Under the pieces are notes generated by a model, which did no database searches, had not been told where the DNA came from, and was given only the letters and a program-made list of their open reading frames with translations. Made by a program: the position numbers and the translations under genes. This document shows positions 1 through 9,864 of a stretch of 28,471 nt of DNA, in pieces. The DNA is from a virus. Its lineage: Duplodnaviria > Caudoviricetes. Where the stretch lies: positions 1-28,471 of IMG/VR virus record IMGVR_UViG_3300020369_000015. One strand, given 5' to 3'. Within the stretch, counting starts at the first letter, position 1, and every line of letters starts with the position of its first letter.

Positions 1-704
1 GCCTTAATGGTGCCGGTGTAGGCGCTGGTAAATCGCAGCATATAGCCCCGCGTACAGACAAAAAACAACCGGGAGCGGATGGTTTTTGGCACCTGGGCAA
101 ACCCGGTGGACACTGGCAGATAAATTTCCTCGCGTATTGGGTCGACCAATACCGCCTGCCCATCATTGGTGGCGGGTAGACTTTCAATCTCACGATACCC
201 GACATAGCGTTTAAGCATGTAAGGCAGGGAATTGGGCGGGGAAACTGTATTGCCTGGCGTAGTGGACAGATTTTCATCACGCACACTGGCAATCGCAGTC
301 TCAAGCATATCAGTGAGCGCCGAGAGGTCATCTGCGATACTGCCATTCAGAGCAGTGAGATCTGATTGCAGCACGCCGCCCGCGTACACAAACACTGACG
401 CGCTATCAATATCATCCTGAGCCGTCGCGCCGCTGGTGTAATCCTCCAGCACTAAATACCAGGTTTCACCGGTTTGCCAGATGTCATTGCGCTGATAGGC
501 GGTGGCCGACTGCCACGCACCGCGCGACACAATACTGCCGTATTGTAATATCGCCTGAGCAATGGCTTTAGCCAGACTGGGTTTATCGCCGCCGTACCGG
601 GTCGGTACCGTCGTACTGGCATCGCCATTAACGATGGCGGCGGCATCGTCAAGATCGCGCTTGAGATCATAAACCTCCTGAACGGTCGGTAATTGCTGTG
701 GCAT
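1..704 (-). CDS. Tail fibre/tailspike, N-terminal part (runs off window; not in ORF track)
   Basis: Manual translation from ATG 704: MPQQLPTVQEVYDLKRDLDDAAAIVNGDASTTVPTRYGGDKPSLAKAIAQ...GAWQSATAYQRNDIW..., open to window edge; directly follows tail tip gene. Confidence 0.8.
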   Translation of the reverse strand, partial: MPQQLPTVQEVYDLKRDLDDAAAIVNGDASTTVPTRYGGDKPSLAKAIAQAILQYGSIVSRGAWQSATAYQRNDIWQTGETWYLVLEDYTSGATAQDDIDSASVFVYAGGVLQSDLTALNGSIADDLSALTDMLETAIASVRDENLSTTPGNTVSPPNSLPYMLKRYVGYREIESLPATNDGQAVLVDPIREEIYLPVSTGFAQVPKTIRSRLFFVCTRGYMLRFTSAYTGTIK

Positions 705-710
705 TGCGTA

Positions 711-3200
711 TTAATCCGGAGTGCTGTTGTCGTATTCAAAGATGGCAGCGATATATTCCTCACCGGTCACGGTCACGGTATCGTCACTGCCAGGGGAAAT
801 ACTGTCTATCCATACCCGTTCAATCAGTTCATCGGCGGTGCCAATGACGCAGATGGTATCTTCCATGCTGCCATCGTAAACAGGCGTAAAATCAAGGGTA
901 GCCGGGCTTGAAAGGGTGATTTCATCACTGGTACTGCCAGCGGCTATCACATAGAGCCCGGAAAACGCGCCATTGGGCTGGCGAAACGCCGCGTAATAGG
1001 TTAAACCGCCAGATAAATCCGGCGCACTGTCGAGCGTTATCGTGGGCGCGCTGTAATCGGTCACATAAAACGACTGGTTAGCGTTAAGCGGTGAGGCCAC
1101 CGCATCATAATTGCCATAGTCAGAGTTCAGCGCATCCAGCTCAGTGGTAAATTCAATCCGTGCGGGTTTATACGCCAGGCGTAGCCGTTCGCGCATGCCA
1201 TAGCGCCAGGCGCGGGTTCGGTCGGTAATACCGGTGGCCTGAATGCGCTTGGCCTGCGCCTCACTGTCCCCGGCAATGAAACAATTTACCGTGTCATTGG
1301 TCCCGGTGACCGGATTTAAATACTCGACCACTAGGCCCTTGGGTTCACTCGCATCATAGTGGGTATCGTCGCGAGATAACCCCGCTCCGAGCATGACGTC
1401 GGGCGGGTAAAACTGCTGATACTCGGTTGATGCCTCGCGTCTTACCGGCGACAGTAGCCCTTCTTTAATGGTCGCCTGGGCGTACCCCGGGGCCAGTATG
1501 ATCTTTATTGACTCCCACAAGGTGGCTTCGTCGACAAACTCCGCGTTTAGCTCATCACCCCGGCCCTTTAGGGTCGCATCAAGCTTGGCGATTTCTTCCC
1601 AGTCGAGCAAATCCGCGCGGCTCACATCGTAAAGTGTCCAGGCGAAATACGGCGCCAGGCTGCTGCCGCCATGACTGGCAGTGAGGCTATAGGGCGTGCC
1701 ATCCTGAATGTATTCTTTTAAGGCTTCGACGGTGGGCAGTTTGCGCGTGGCGCCGCGAATATTGATTTTGTTTTCAGCGGTTTGGGCCAGCGCATTGGTG
1801 CCGCGTAACCGTAATTGCACGGTGGTCACATCAGCGTAACTGGTCGGGCTTTCAAGGCGGCCGCGAATACGCACGCAGTAAATATCATTAATGATATTGG
1901 TTGCTGCTGCATCCGCCGTCACCCGGCGGACTCGCACTTCGGGCCGCATGGTTGCCGGCAAAGTAATCGACTCAGTAAACCCAAGCTCGTCCAGCGTATT
2001 ATCGGTATAACTGTAATCTAACTCCGTCCAGGTACTGGTGCCGACTTCGCGATAGGCGACTTTTACATCAACGGTTCGCGCGGTTAAGCTGCCATCATTC
2101 TCGGTTTTGGCCAGACCGCGCGGGAACCGAAAATCCACCTCCATCACGTCGGTGGTTTCCCCTTGCGGCAAGATCTCAAACGGCCCTTCCCAATTCACGC
2201 CGCCCGACGTTGCACCCCAGTCGACCACCTCACCGGTGGTGGTGGTTAAATTGGTGCTGCTGGCATCCTCGTACTCGGTCACATAGGAGCCCTGAGAATA
2301 ACGCGGATCCTCACCGTCACCGTCCCAGTAGCGGGTAACAACCTGTTTAACTACCGTGGCGGTTTCATTACTTGCCCCGCTAATGCTATCCACCCGATAG
2401 GTGCCGGCATTGGTCGAGTTCGTGATCTCAAAATACGCCCCGACCGCAAACGGGAACGCTACCAATGATCCAGCCTCGTAACTGGTCATCTGATCGCCGC
2501 TGGCGTCAATACTCCAGGTGCCCGCCTCAGAATCGGTGGACGTCACCAGTTTTAAATCGCTGATTTCTTCGGTGGTAAACCAATTTTCATGGGCATCATG
2601 GGTGGATACATCGCCGCCAGGCGGCGTGATCTGGACAGAAATATCCCCGGCATAGTTCAGCATCGGCGTTTCAGCGATATACAAATCACTGGTGGTCAGG
2701 TCAAATTCGCCGGCGCCCACACACAAATTGAGGTACAAGTATTCCAGGTTGCTATCGTATTTGCGCCGGACCGGGCAAATTAAATCCGGATAAATAGGGA
2801 CCGAACCCGCCACCTCACGAATAATGCCGTTCGGGCGCACCCGATTAGCTTTACCGTTGGGGCTGTAAATGGACTCACCCGCCGGGGTTGAGGTTTGATA
2901 GTTTTGCGGAATATTCGACGCTTTAACGTAAGCGTAACCGGCCGCCACCACCGCGATAATGGCAAAGGCGGTCGCCGCATCGCCCGGCTCAATGGTCACC
3001 TCGACCACATCCTCATCGGTTAATCGTTCACCGTGGCGCGCATATGGCCAGGGGTGGCCGTTCAATGTCGCGCTGTATGGGGGGCGACAAAGTGCCTGGT
3101 AACCGGGTACCGACTCACGCAGATAGGTCAGCAGTGAACCGGTAATGCTAAGGCTTTCCTGCTCGGTGCCTAATTTATTGCGTACTATCAGATGCGCCAT
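711..3200 (-). CDS. Tail tip / host specificity protein (TipJ-like, with N-terminal gpI-like region)
   Basis: 829 aa; motifs IREVAGSVPIYPDL, VDFRFPRGL, TDRTRAWRYGMR; position after NlpC/P60 gene. Confidence 0.85.
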   Translation of the reverse strand: MAHLIVRNKLGTEQESLSITGSLLTYLRESVPGYQALCRPPYSATLNGHPWPYARHGERLTDEDVVEVTIEPGDAATAFAIIAVVAAGYAYVKASNIPQNYQTSTPAGESIYSPNGKANRVRPNGIIREVAGSVPIYPDLICPVRRKYDSNLEYLYLNLCVGAGEFDLTTSDLYIAETPMLNYAGDISVQITPPGGDVSTHDAHENWFTTEEISDLKLVTSTDSEAGTWSIDASGDQMTSYEAGSLVAFPFAVGAYFEITNSTNAGTYRVDSISGASNETATVVKQVVTRYWDGDGEDPRYSQGSYVTEYEDASSTNLTTTTGEVVDWGATSGGVNWEGPFEILPQGETTDVMEVDFRFPRGLAKTENDGSLTARTVDVKVAYREVGTSTWTELDYSYTDNTLDELGFTESITLPATMRPEVRVRRVTADAAATNIINDIYCVRIRGRLESPTSYADVTTVQLRLRGTNALAQTAENKINIRGATRKLPTVEALKEYIQDGTPYSLTASHGGSSLAPYFAWTLYDVSRADLLDWEEIAKLDATLKGRGDELNAEFVDEATLWESIKIILAPGYAQATIKEGLLSPVRREASTEYQQFYPPDVMLGAGLSRDDTHYDASEPKGLVVEYLNPVTGTNDTVNCFIAGDSEAQAKRIQATGITDRTRAWRYGMRERLRLAYKPARIEFTTELDALNSDYGNYDAVASPLNANQSFYVTDYSAPTITLDSAPDLSGGLTYYAAFRQPNGAFSGLYVIAAGSTSDEITLSSPATLDFTPVYDGSMEDTICVIGTADELIERVWIDSISPGSDDTVTVTGEEYIAAIFEYDNSTPD

Positions 3201-3552
3201 AGCGGTAAAACATCACCTTGCGTTGCTGTGAAAATAAAGGGATGTGATCAATGCGAAAGCCGGTTTTGCGGCCCACATGCCAGATGGCGCCATCGATCAC
3301 AATACCCACATGAATGAGGCATTTACCTCGATACTGGCAGGCCACATCAAAGGTGGCGGGTGTATTAACTGCGCGGAATGCGCCGCGCACCACATGATGC
3401 GCTTTGGTCATACCGCGTTTATCGTCAGGGAGCACCCCGAACACCGGCAACACAGCCGGATTGATGCCCGCCTCATTAATGAGCATGGCGCGAACAAAAT
3501 CCCAGCAGTTGGCATCATCCCGGTACTGCCAGACCTGCCAGCGATCACGCAT
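3175..3552 (-). CDS. NlpC/P60-family tail assembly protein (gpK-like)
   Basis: NCWDFV catalytic Cys motif and HVGIV..WH motif; tail-tip synteny. Confidence 0.85.
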   Translation of the reverse strand: MRDRWQVWQYRDDANCWDFVRAMLINEAGINPAVLPVFGVLPDDKRGMTKAHHVVRGAFRAVNTPATFDVACQYRGKCLIHVGIVIDGAIWHVGRKTGFRIDHIPLFSQQRKVMFYRYGASDSTQ

Positions 3553-4069
3553 GCTTTACCCCGGGAAAGGTTTCTGCATAATACCGGCGTATCGGCCAAC
3601 TGATATCCGCCATGGGTAAAAACGAGGCTTGCAGGGTCATTTTAAAAATGTCCACGTTGGTATTGAGCACCACCATTTTAATGACCGGCCCATCCGGGGC
3701 GGATAAGTCTGATTGTAAAAACTGGCGATACTCCAGGCGAATTTTTTCAGGTACCGTATTACTGGCTAATAAGGCGCGATTGGCCGCGATCACTTGTTTG
3801 ATTTCCTGCCATGCCTGACGCGACACATTTTCCAGCTCGAAATTCAAATCCTGCCGACCATCCACGCCTTTTTTGGGCAAGCTTAAGGTAAGCCCTGCCG
3901 CCTCAAAGGTTTCGCTGCTGGCATCTTCAAGCGTTGCGGTCACATCATACTGGCCCTGTACGAACGCGCGCGAGCCGCCTGTTAACCCACTATGCAAAAT
4001 GCGCAGGGTATGAATGGGGGTATCAGCGGCGCTGGCATAAGCCTGTTTTAATAATTCACTACTGGCCAT
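3545..4069 (-). CDS. DUF1833-like minor tail protein (gpL position)
   Basis: LKQAYASA..TLRILH, LEYRQFLQSDLSAP, YAETFPG motifs; synteny. Confidence 0.8.
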   Translation of the reverse strand: MASSELLKQAYASAADTPIHTLRILHSGLTGGSRAFVQGQYDVTATLEDASSETFEAAGLTLSLPKKGVDGRQDLNFELENVSRQAWQEIKQVIAANRALLASNTVPEKIRLEYRQFLQSDLSAPDGPVIKMVVLNTNVDIFKMTLQASFLPMADISWPIRRYYAETFPGVKHA

Positions 4070-4071
4070 GG

Positions 4072-4530
4072 TTATAACTCGTTTTCATTGACGGCTTTTT
4101 CCAGCGCAGCGGCCACGCTGTGCAGGTTAAAAAACGTTTCACCGGTGGCCACGGCAAAATCATATAATTGCTGGCCGATATCGTGCTGGCGGTCGATAAC
4201 TTCAAAGGACCACGCGATGAGCCAATGTGTTTGACTCATCGGCCGGGCTTCATAGGAATTCGTGATAAACCGTAGCGTGCCGGTTTGCTCCACATCGTTA
4301 TCGAAATACGGCCCAGTAAAGGCGCCGGGGTTGTCGGCATAAAACGCTTCAAACGTGTCTTTTTGGGTGGCATTTACAACGGCCTGCACGCGAAAGGCAT
4401 CGTTACGGTTCACGCGCTGCAGGCGCTGGCGGTGTTTACCGGTCACGGTGGGGCTGCGCGAGACATCCGGCGCGACTTCGACCTGATAATTTTGCTTTAA
4501 GTAAGTGATACTGACGGGCCAGGTATTCAT
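4072..4530 (-). CDS. Minor/distal tail protein (gpM-like), copy 2
   Basis: TWP start, FEAFY...FTGPYF motif; downstream of tape measure gene. Confidence 0.65.
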   Translation of the reverse strand: MNTWPVSITYLKQNYQVEVAPDVSRSPTVTGKHRQRLQRVNRNDAFRVQAVVNATQKDTFEAFYADNPGAFTGPYFDNDVEQTGTLRFITNSYEARPMSQTHWLIAWSFEVIDRQHDIGQQLYDFAVATGETFFNLHSVAAALEKAVNENEL

Positions 4531-4874
4531 CGGACTTCTACCTCACAACTCACCCGCGCGCCCTTGGGGAGCAGTTGATAATTATACGCGCCGTTGACCA
4601 GGCGAATGCGGGTAAGCACCGGCCCGGATGACAATGAGAAATAGCCGGTAAACCAGTTGGCCCCCTCGTTGCATCGGTCGCGGATGAAATACTCAAAAAT
4701 TGGCACCTGAGCACCGGATAAATATAAGTTAGCCCGCAAGGTTTTATTAACGCGGCGTGACAGCGAACGCTGGCTGACTTTGCCTGGCTGGGTGGAGCGT
4801 AAAAAATTATGCTCCGCCACTACAGACTGATCCGCCAGTAGCCATTTTGGCAAAAATTCTGGCCAGGTTTCCAT
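4527..4874 (-). CDS. Minor/distal tail protein (gpM-like), copy 1
   Basis: METWPEFLP, FEYFIRDRCNEGANWFTGYF motif; immediately after tape measure gene. Confidence 0.7.
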   Translation of the reverse strand: METWPEFLPKWLLADQSVVAEHNFLRSTQPGKVSQRSLSRRVNKTLRANLYLSGAQVPIFEYFIRDRCNEGANWFTGYFSLSSGPVLTRIRLVNGAYNYQLLPKGARVSCEVEVR

Positions 4875-7177
4875 TAACGACGCCCTCGCGGCTGCATGGT
4901 TGACGTGGTATGCATCACATTCCTAAAATCACTGGACTGGTTGGCCGCTTGCCCCACCATGATTTTGACCACATCCCGCTCGGTGAGCTGGCGCACCGGG
5001 GCGCCTGAATAATTGTGCACCTCAACCTTTTGACTACCCTGGCCGCCCGGCTGCTGCTGGGCGTTTAAGAAATTGGTTAAATCCTTGTTTTGTTCCTCTG
5101 CGACCACACGCTCACCGCCATCGAGAATATAGGAACCCTCACCGGGAATATTGGTCATCCCTCGGTGCGCCATGCCCATCACTTTGGCAGCGGCCGCGCC
5201 ACCGACCAGCATAATGCCGCCATAAGCGGCCGCACCTAGCGCAGGGCCCACGAACGGCACACTGGCTAAGGACTCATAAGCGCCCATCGCCGCCTCATAG
5301 GTACTGGCCCAAATCGACTGTACCGACTCGCGCTTTTTCTCATCGAGCAACAAGCTGCCCAATGATAAAGCCATGCGGACATAACCGGCTTGCTTGCCTT
5401 GCATGCCGTCATAATAACTACCAATCACGCCTAATAAGGCCTGATAGCCCTGGGATAGCTTGGCGTTCTTCTCTGCTTCGGCCTTAAGTTCTGCATCGCG
5501 AGCGGCCTCTGCCGCTTCTAATTCTTCCTGGCGCGCATCTTCTTTGGCTTGGCGTTCTTTTTCGCGCGCCTCGGTTTTTATCTCACCGATGCGGGCCTGA
5601 TGGGCCTGATCTAATTCTTCCAGCGCGGTTTTATGGGCGGCCTCAATTTCTTCGGTCACCAGGCCTTTTTCGCGCAACTCGGCAAGCTCTGCGTTTAATG
5701 CATCGCTGCGGCGCTTAAGTTGGAATTCCTCCAACTGAATCGCCTGCTCATCGGCCGCCAGGGCATCGGCGTGAATTTGCGCGTATTTATCGCGCATAGC
5801 GGCCACTTCGCGCTCGTTCGCCGCATCAATGCGCGCCTGTTCCTGTGCCGCTTTTTCAGCGCGTTCAGCGGCCAGCGCCTCGGCGGCCTCTTTCTGCTCA
5901 TTTTGGATGGCTTGCTGGGTTTCTTTTTGCGTTTCTGCCTGCTCATTTAAGGTATTATAATGCGCCTGATACTGGGCAATTTCTGCCTCCAGGGCGCGCT
6001 GCTGGGCTTGCAGTTGCTCGCGTTCACTGCCTTGTCCGCCACGCTGGCGGCGGGTGCTGGCGTTAGCGATTTCGCCATCCAACTCGGCAATGCGGTTTCG
6101 CCGGTTAGCAATGAGCGCCGTGATAGCGTTTAAATCATCACTTTGCGCACGGGCCACCAGGATTTGCTCCTGAATCGCGGCAATTTCGGCGTCAAAGGAT
6201 TCAGGGCTCGGACCACGACGGCCCCGCCGGGTATTCTGATTGGCCGCCGCAGTGGCGCGCGCGGCCTGCAACCGGGCAAGCTCAGCCTCCAAATCGGTCG
6301 TGGTCGGGCTGATTTTACTGCGCAGCGTATCCAATCCATTAGCGATGTTATTGAGCCAGGTGGTCACCACTGAGCCCGAGCCACTGGTATTACTAAAACT
6401 TAACAGCAATTCGTCCCAGCGCTGACCTAACGTATCGACCGCACCGGCTAACCCGCCCGCCTCAGCAGCACCCGCGCCCCCTACCTGTGCCGCAAGTTGC
6501 GATAAAATAATTTCCTGTGCACCGGCCACATTACCGGCCTCGGTCATGGTGCGAATTTGGTCTTTTTGCTGCTCGGTAAAGCTCACGCCCGAACGGCGCA
6601 GCGCATTAATGCCCTGGATAGGATCCTCAAGCGCTTTCCCTAACTGCATGGCCTTGTCTTTCGCCGTGCCGCCAAACACCGCCGCCATATCCTGTGACAA
6701 GCTAATTGCCTGGCGGAACGTGTCACCACTGACGGATTTAAACGTCATCAGCACGTTTTGCGCTTCAACAATCCCGCCGACACTGGCCAGTGTTGACAGG
6801 GCGACCTGTTCTGCCTGCTCCTGCAGCTGCTCACTAGTTAACCCGGCCGCCTGACCAGTGGCGCGCAATAGCGCCTCAGTGCGCAGCTGGCCGCGCTGAT
6901 ATTCATCAAACACTTTTATGGACTTATAGCCCACAGCGGTTAATCCGGCAATACCGGCGGCAAAACCTGCCACATGGAGCGCGCCGCTGCGAAACAGCGA
7001 GTTAACCACGCTCAGGCGGGAGGCCACCCCACCCATTGGCCCCTGAATAGCGGTTGCACCTTTCGTTAAGCCCTCCATGGACTTATTGAACCGATCATTT
7101 GATTTGATGGCCCTGCCGAACTCGGCGCGGTAATTTTTCGTATTACCGCGAATTTCGACCTGATGGCTTTTTTTCAT
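4874..7177 (-). CDS. Tail tape measure protein
   Basis: 767 aa Ala/Gln/Glu-rich helical protein; QLGKALEDPIQGINALRRSGVSFT and C-terminal GMAHRG..LDGGERVV motifs. Confidence 0.95.
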   Translation of the reverse strand: MKKSHQVEIRGNTKNYRAEFGRAIKSNDRFNKSMEGLTKGATAIQGPMGGVASRLSVVNSLFRSGALHVAGFAAGIAGLTAVGYKSIKVFDEYQRGQLRTEALLRATGQAAGLTSEQLQEQAEQVALSTLASVGGIVEAQNVLMTFKSVSGDTFRQAISLSQDMAAVFGGTAKDKAMQLGKALEDPIQGINALRRSGVSFTEQQKDQIRTMTEAGNVAGAQEIILSQLAAQVGGAGAAEAGGLAGAVDTLGQRWDELLLSFSNTSGSGSVVTTWLNNIANGLDTLRSKISPTTTDLEAELARLQAARATAAANQNTRRGRRGPSPESFDAEIAAIQEQILVARAQSDDLNAITALIANRRNRIAELDGEIANASTRRQRGGQGSEREQLQAQQRALEAEIAQYQAHYNTLNEQAETQKETQQAIQNEQKEAAEALAAERAEKAAQEQARIDAANEREVAAMRDKYAQIHADALAADEQAIQLEEFQLKRRSDALNAELAELREKGLVTEEIEAAHKTALEELDQAHQARIGEIKTEAREKERQAKEDARQEELEAAEAARDAELKAEAEKNAKLSQGYQALLGVIGSYYDGMQGKQAGYVRMALSLGSLLLDEKKRESVQSIWASTYEAAMGAYESLASVPFVGPALGAAAYGGIMLVGGAAAAKVMGMAHRGMTNIPGEGSYILDGGERVVAEEQNKDLTNFLNAQQQPGGQGSQKVEVHNYSGAPVRQLTERDVVKIMVGQAANQSSDFRNVMHTTSTMQPRGRR

Positions 7178-7494
7178 GAATTAAAGGCCTCAAACAAAGC
7201 AAACATTTCTTCGGGGGTTTGGGGTTTCGGTGGTGGTGTGTAGCCCATCATAAAATCATCGATTTTATACGGCGCGGTGGTTTTCTTGCGCAAGTAGTTG
7301 GCCATCTGCGCCCGGATCCCAGCCAATTGAAATGGCACCACCTTGTTACCGTAAGGCTCGATTTCGTGAAAGCGTAACCAGTCCACCAACGCCGATGCAG
7401 TGAGTTGATGCAACCAGGCGTCAACATCTGACACGCCTAACTGCATGGCCAGTCGCAGCACTGCAACCTTATACGGCTGGCCTATCAGGGGTTT
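7174..7494 (-). CDS. Tail assembly chaperone T part (probably made as G-T by -1 frameshift)
   Basis: Between G and tape measure; frame is open back to the heptamer at 7494 in the -1 frame of G. Confidence 0.75.
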   Translation of the reverse strand, partial: KPLIGQPYKVAVLRLAMQLGVSDVDAWLHQLTASALVDWLRFHEIEPYGNKVVPFQLAGIRAQMANYLRKKTTAPYKIDDFMMGYTPPPKPQTPEEMFALFEAFNS

Positions 7495-7943
7495 GCTGCC
7501 ACCGCCTCTTTATCAAGGGGGGCAGGGGCATCCTGCGGATCGCCGTCATTGGCAGGCTGAGATTGACTGATTGACAGCCAGGGTAATTCCGACAACTCAG
7601 CGGCCGCCTCAAGCGCTGGCGTGATCACTGAATACGGCAGCGAGGCTAATTGCATCAGATCACGTTCGCTTTGCCAGTCAAACGGGATGCGCCCACCAGG
7701 GGTTCGCAACGACATGGCCAGTGCTTGATAGCGCAAACCGATGATTTGCCGGCCCTTGCTTTCTATATCCTCCTCACTGCGCTGGATTTGAAATAACAAG
7801 TCCATTAACACGGTGTATTCCGCCGCACCAATTTCAACCAGTACATACCAGCCCACTCGCTGCGGGCTTTTGGCCCGCTGCGAAAACGTCGGATCGGCTG
7901 GCAATTTAAACGCCGCCAGCCAGCGTTTTATGCGGGTAAACAT
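7485..7943 (-). CDS. Tail assembly chaperone G
   Basis: Between tail tube and T; ends A AAC CCC TGA. Confidence 0.75.
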   Translation of the reverse strand: MFTRIKRWLAAFKLPADPTFSQRAKSPQRVGWYVLVEIGAAEYTVLMDLLFQIQRSEEDIESKGRQIIGLRYQALAMSLRTPGGRIPFDWQSERDLMQLASLPYSVITPALEAAAELSELPWLSISQSQPANDGDPQDAPAPLDKEAVAANP

Positions 7944-8362
7944 TATGGCAACGTCGCCCGGGTTACTTCACCGGCGACCTTAAAGGTAAACACCCGTTCA
8001 ATCTGGTTATCTTTTGGCACTGGTGTCCCCACGCGGGTCACAATCGCCGGAAATGAGCGCGATTTACTGATGGGGGCCGGGAACTGCAGCTGCAAATACT
8101 CAATCGTGCCATTATCATAGGCATCTTCCAGCGCATCCGCATCGGTCTGTCCCGTCTCATAACGGATATTAACCGTCATTTCGCCACCATCTTTTAGCCC
8201 TTGCACAAAGGTTTTATAGTCATGGTTTGAGCCATACTCGGTGGTTTCATTGTTATCGGCGGTGAGCTCGGGTGGCTCCATAGTCTGGATTGCCCCGATC
8301 GCCGTGCCATACGTACCGCCAGAATCGCTGGAACGGTGTAAAGTTACTTGTTTACCTAACAT
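7943..8362 (-). CDS. Major tail (tube) protein
   Basis: 139 aa; YKTFVQGLKDGGEMTV and FTFKVAGEV motifs. Confidence 0.88.
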   Translation of the reverse strand: MLGKQVTLHRSSDSGGTYGTAIGAIQTMEPPELTADNNETTEYGSNHDYKTFVQGLKDGGEMTVNIRYETGQTDADALEDAYDNGTIEYLQLQFPAPISKSRSFPAIVTRVGTPVPKDNQIERVFTFKVAGEVTRATLP

Positions 8363-8365
8363 GGT

Positions 8366-8761
8366 CTAATCCTCATCATGGTAATGGACGTGATAAATAA
8401 CAGAGAGCGTACCGATATGACTATCCGGATCGCGCTCATAGGTGAAACCGATGCGCCAAATTCCGGCCACAATACCCAGCAGGGTGTCATCAGTCTTAAT
8501 AGCGTTATGAATGTCGTTGCCTAGCGTATCGAGCGCGGCATCCACATTGGCTGCGCTACGCGCCGTAATTTCAATAATCAGGCGGCCGGTGGTTTCGTCT
8601 CGCTCATCAAAATCGTGCGAGGTTTCGCCATCTTCAAAAAAGACACACGCAGCGGGCAATTCTTCCTCCAGCAACTGCGGTGCGCGATAATCAAACGCCC
8701 GCACCACCTTGGGAGCTGCTAAGTCTTTTAAATAACTTCGGATGGCTGCGCGCGTGGTCAT
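8366..8761 (-). CDS. Tail terminator (gpU-like)
   Basis: EELPAACVF motif, acidic; precedes tail tube gene. Confidence 0.75.
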   Translation of the reverse strand: MTTRAAIRSYLKDLAAPKVVRAFDYRAPQLLEEELPAACVFFEDGETSHDFDERDETTGRLIIEITARSAANVDAALDTLGNDIHNAIKTDDTLLGIVAGIWRIGFTYERDPDSHIGTLSVIYHVHYHDED

Positions 8762-9306
8762 GACAAAATCCTCATCATTGCCTTGTCCAATTCAACAAAC
8801 AGGCGAATCCTAAAATCATTGTCGAGATTGTCGCGGCTTTCTGCGTTGGTGATCCGCGTTAGCGTGGGACCGACAAAGGCCTCACCAAAGGCCGCCTTTT
8901 TAATCGGTAGACGGGCCCGCCCTTTACGCTCAAAAATACCGTTATTTAACTTGGCGTTACTAAAGGCGTTTGGCCACTGATACGGTCCCAGTTTATAGCC
9001 CTCATCGGCAGGTTTAGCACCCGCGCTCTGCGCCGTAATGGGGTTTAACCCCACCCACACCCGGCCGCTTAAATGGCTGGCCTTGGCTTTGACCACCACC
9101 ACCCGGGGGCGCAATGTTTTTTGTTTAATTTGCATACTGACCGCCGCTTTTTTGATTACGCGGCGTTTTATAGTGGCCAGGTTTCGATTGATGACCCGCG
9201 ACAAGATGCGATTTACTTCGGTGCTGCGGTGCCGGTTTAGTTGCCGACTCATGCGGGTCAACTCGCGTTCCATATCGCGAGAATCTACACGAACTACGGG
9301 GATCAT
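8758..9306 (-). CDS. Tail completion protein (gpZ-like)
   Basis: Basic 182 aa; IFERKGRARLPIKK motif; synteny. Confidence 0.8.
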   Translation of the reverse strand: MIPVVRVDSRDMERELTRMSRQLNRHRSTEVNRILSRVINRNLATIKRRVIKKAAVSMQIKQKTLRPRVVVVKAKASHLSGRVWVGLNPITAQSAGAKPADEGYKLGPYQWPNAFSNAKLNNGIFERKGRARLPIKKAAFGEAFVGPTLTRITNAESRDNLDNDFRIRLFVELDKAMMRILS

Positions 9307-9587
9307 GATTGCGGCGCCAGTAAAACCCGATTTAACGGCTCTGATGGATCGGTCTGCACATAGACATAACGCTGCTCACCAATGAAAATCAAACTGTCAC
9401 GGCGCAGCATTAACACCGGATTTGCTGGCATCAGGAACACATGATGCGAGACGTTGGTTTCCGCATACGCATGCATGCGACGCAACAACTGACCGTTATA
9501 GGGCACGCCATCCACATACATCACATCGGGAAGATCAGCAAAAAAGGCCGAATTCAAATCCTCGGCCATATCATCAGCAAAGCTCAT
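9303..9587 (-). CDS. Head-tail joining protein (gpFII-like)
   Basis: MSFADDMAEDLNSAFF start; synteny. Confidence 0.65.
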   Translation of the reverse strand: MSFADDMAEDLNSAFFADLPDVMYVDGVPYNGQLLRRMHAYAETNVSHHVFLMPANPVLMLRRDSLIFIGEQRYVYVQTDPSEPLNRVLLAPQS

Positions 9588-9808
9588 CAGCTGGCTTTCG
9601 GCGGGTTAGTACTCGCCTCACCCTCTGGCGCTGGCCAGTTCGCGCTTTTACTGGTTTTTTCACCCACACCGCGCTCAATAAAACTCACGCCCTGGTATAT
9701 CGGTACCGTGACCACAGTTTGCTCACCGGCGGTGTTTTTTGGCTCTACCGCTTCACCCTGCAGGTAAACCCGCTTAATGAGCGCAATATTTAATGTTTTA
9801 TCTGCCAT
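9587..9808 (-). CDS. Small protein after capsid (gpFI position)
   Basis: ATG 9808 with GGAG RBS; 73 aa; start revised from ORF track. Confidence 0.6.
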   Translation of the reverse strand: MADKTLNIALIKRVYLQGEAVEPKNTAGEQTVVTVPIYQGVSFIERGVGEKTSKSANWPAPEGEASTNPPKAS

Positions 9809-9821
9809 TACACACTCCAAT

Positions 9822-9846
9822 AAAAAAGGCGCCACCCGGGCGCCTT
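9822..9846 (-). terminator. Intrinsic terminator after major capsid gene
   Basis: Minus strand: AAGGCGCC-CGGGT-GGCGCCTT running into a T6 tract. Confidence 0.75.
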
Positions 9847-9864
9847 AATTGTGTTTTTCACCTG

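Noticed and set aside
452-763. 103-aa minus-strand ORF in track
   Set aside because: Alternate frame of the tail fibre gene that starts at 704
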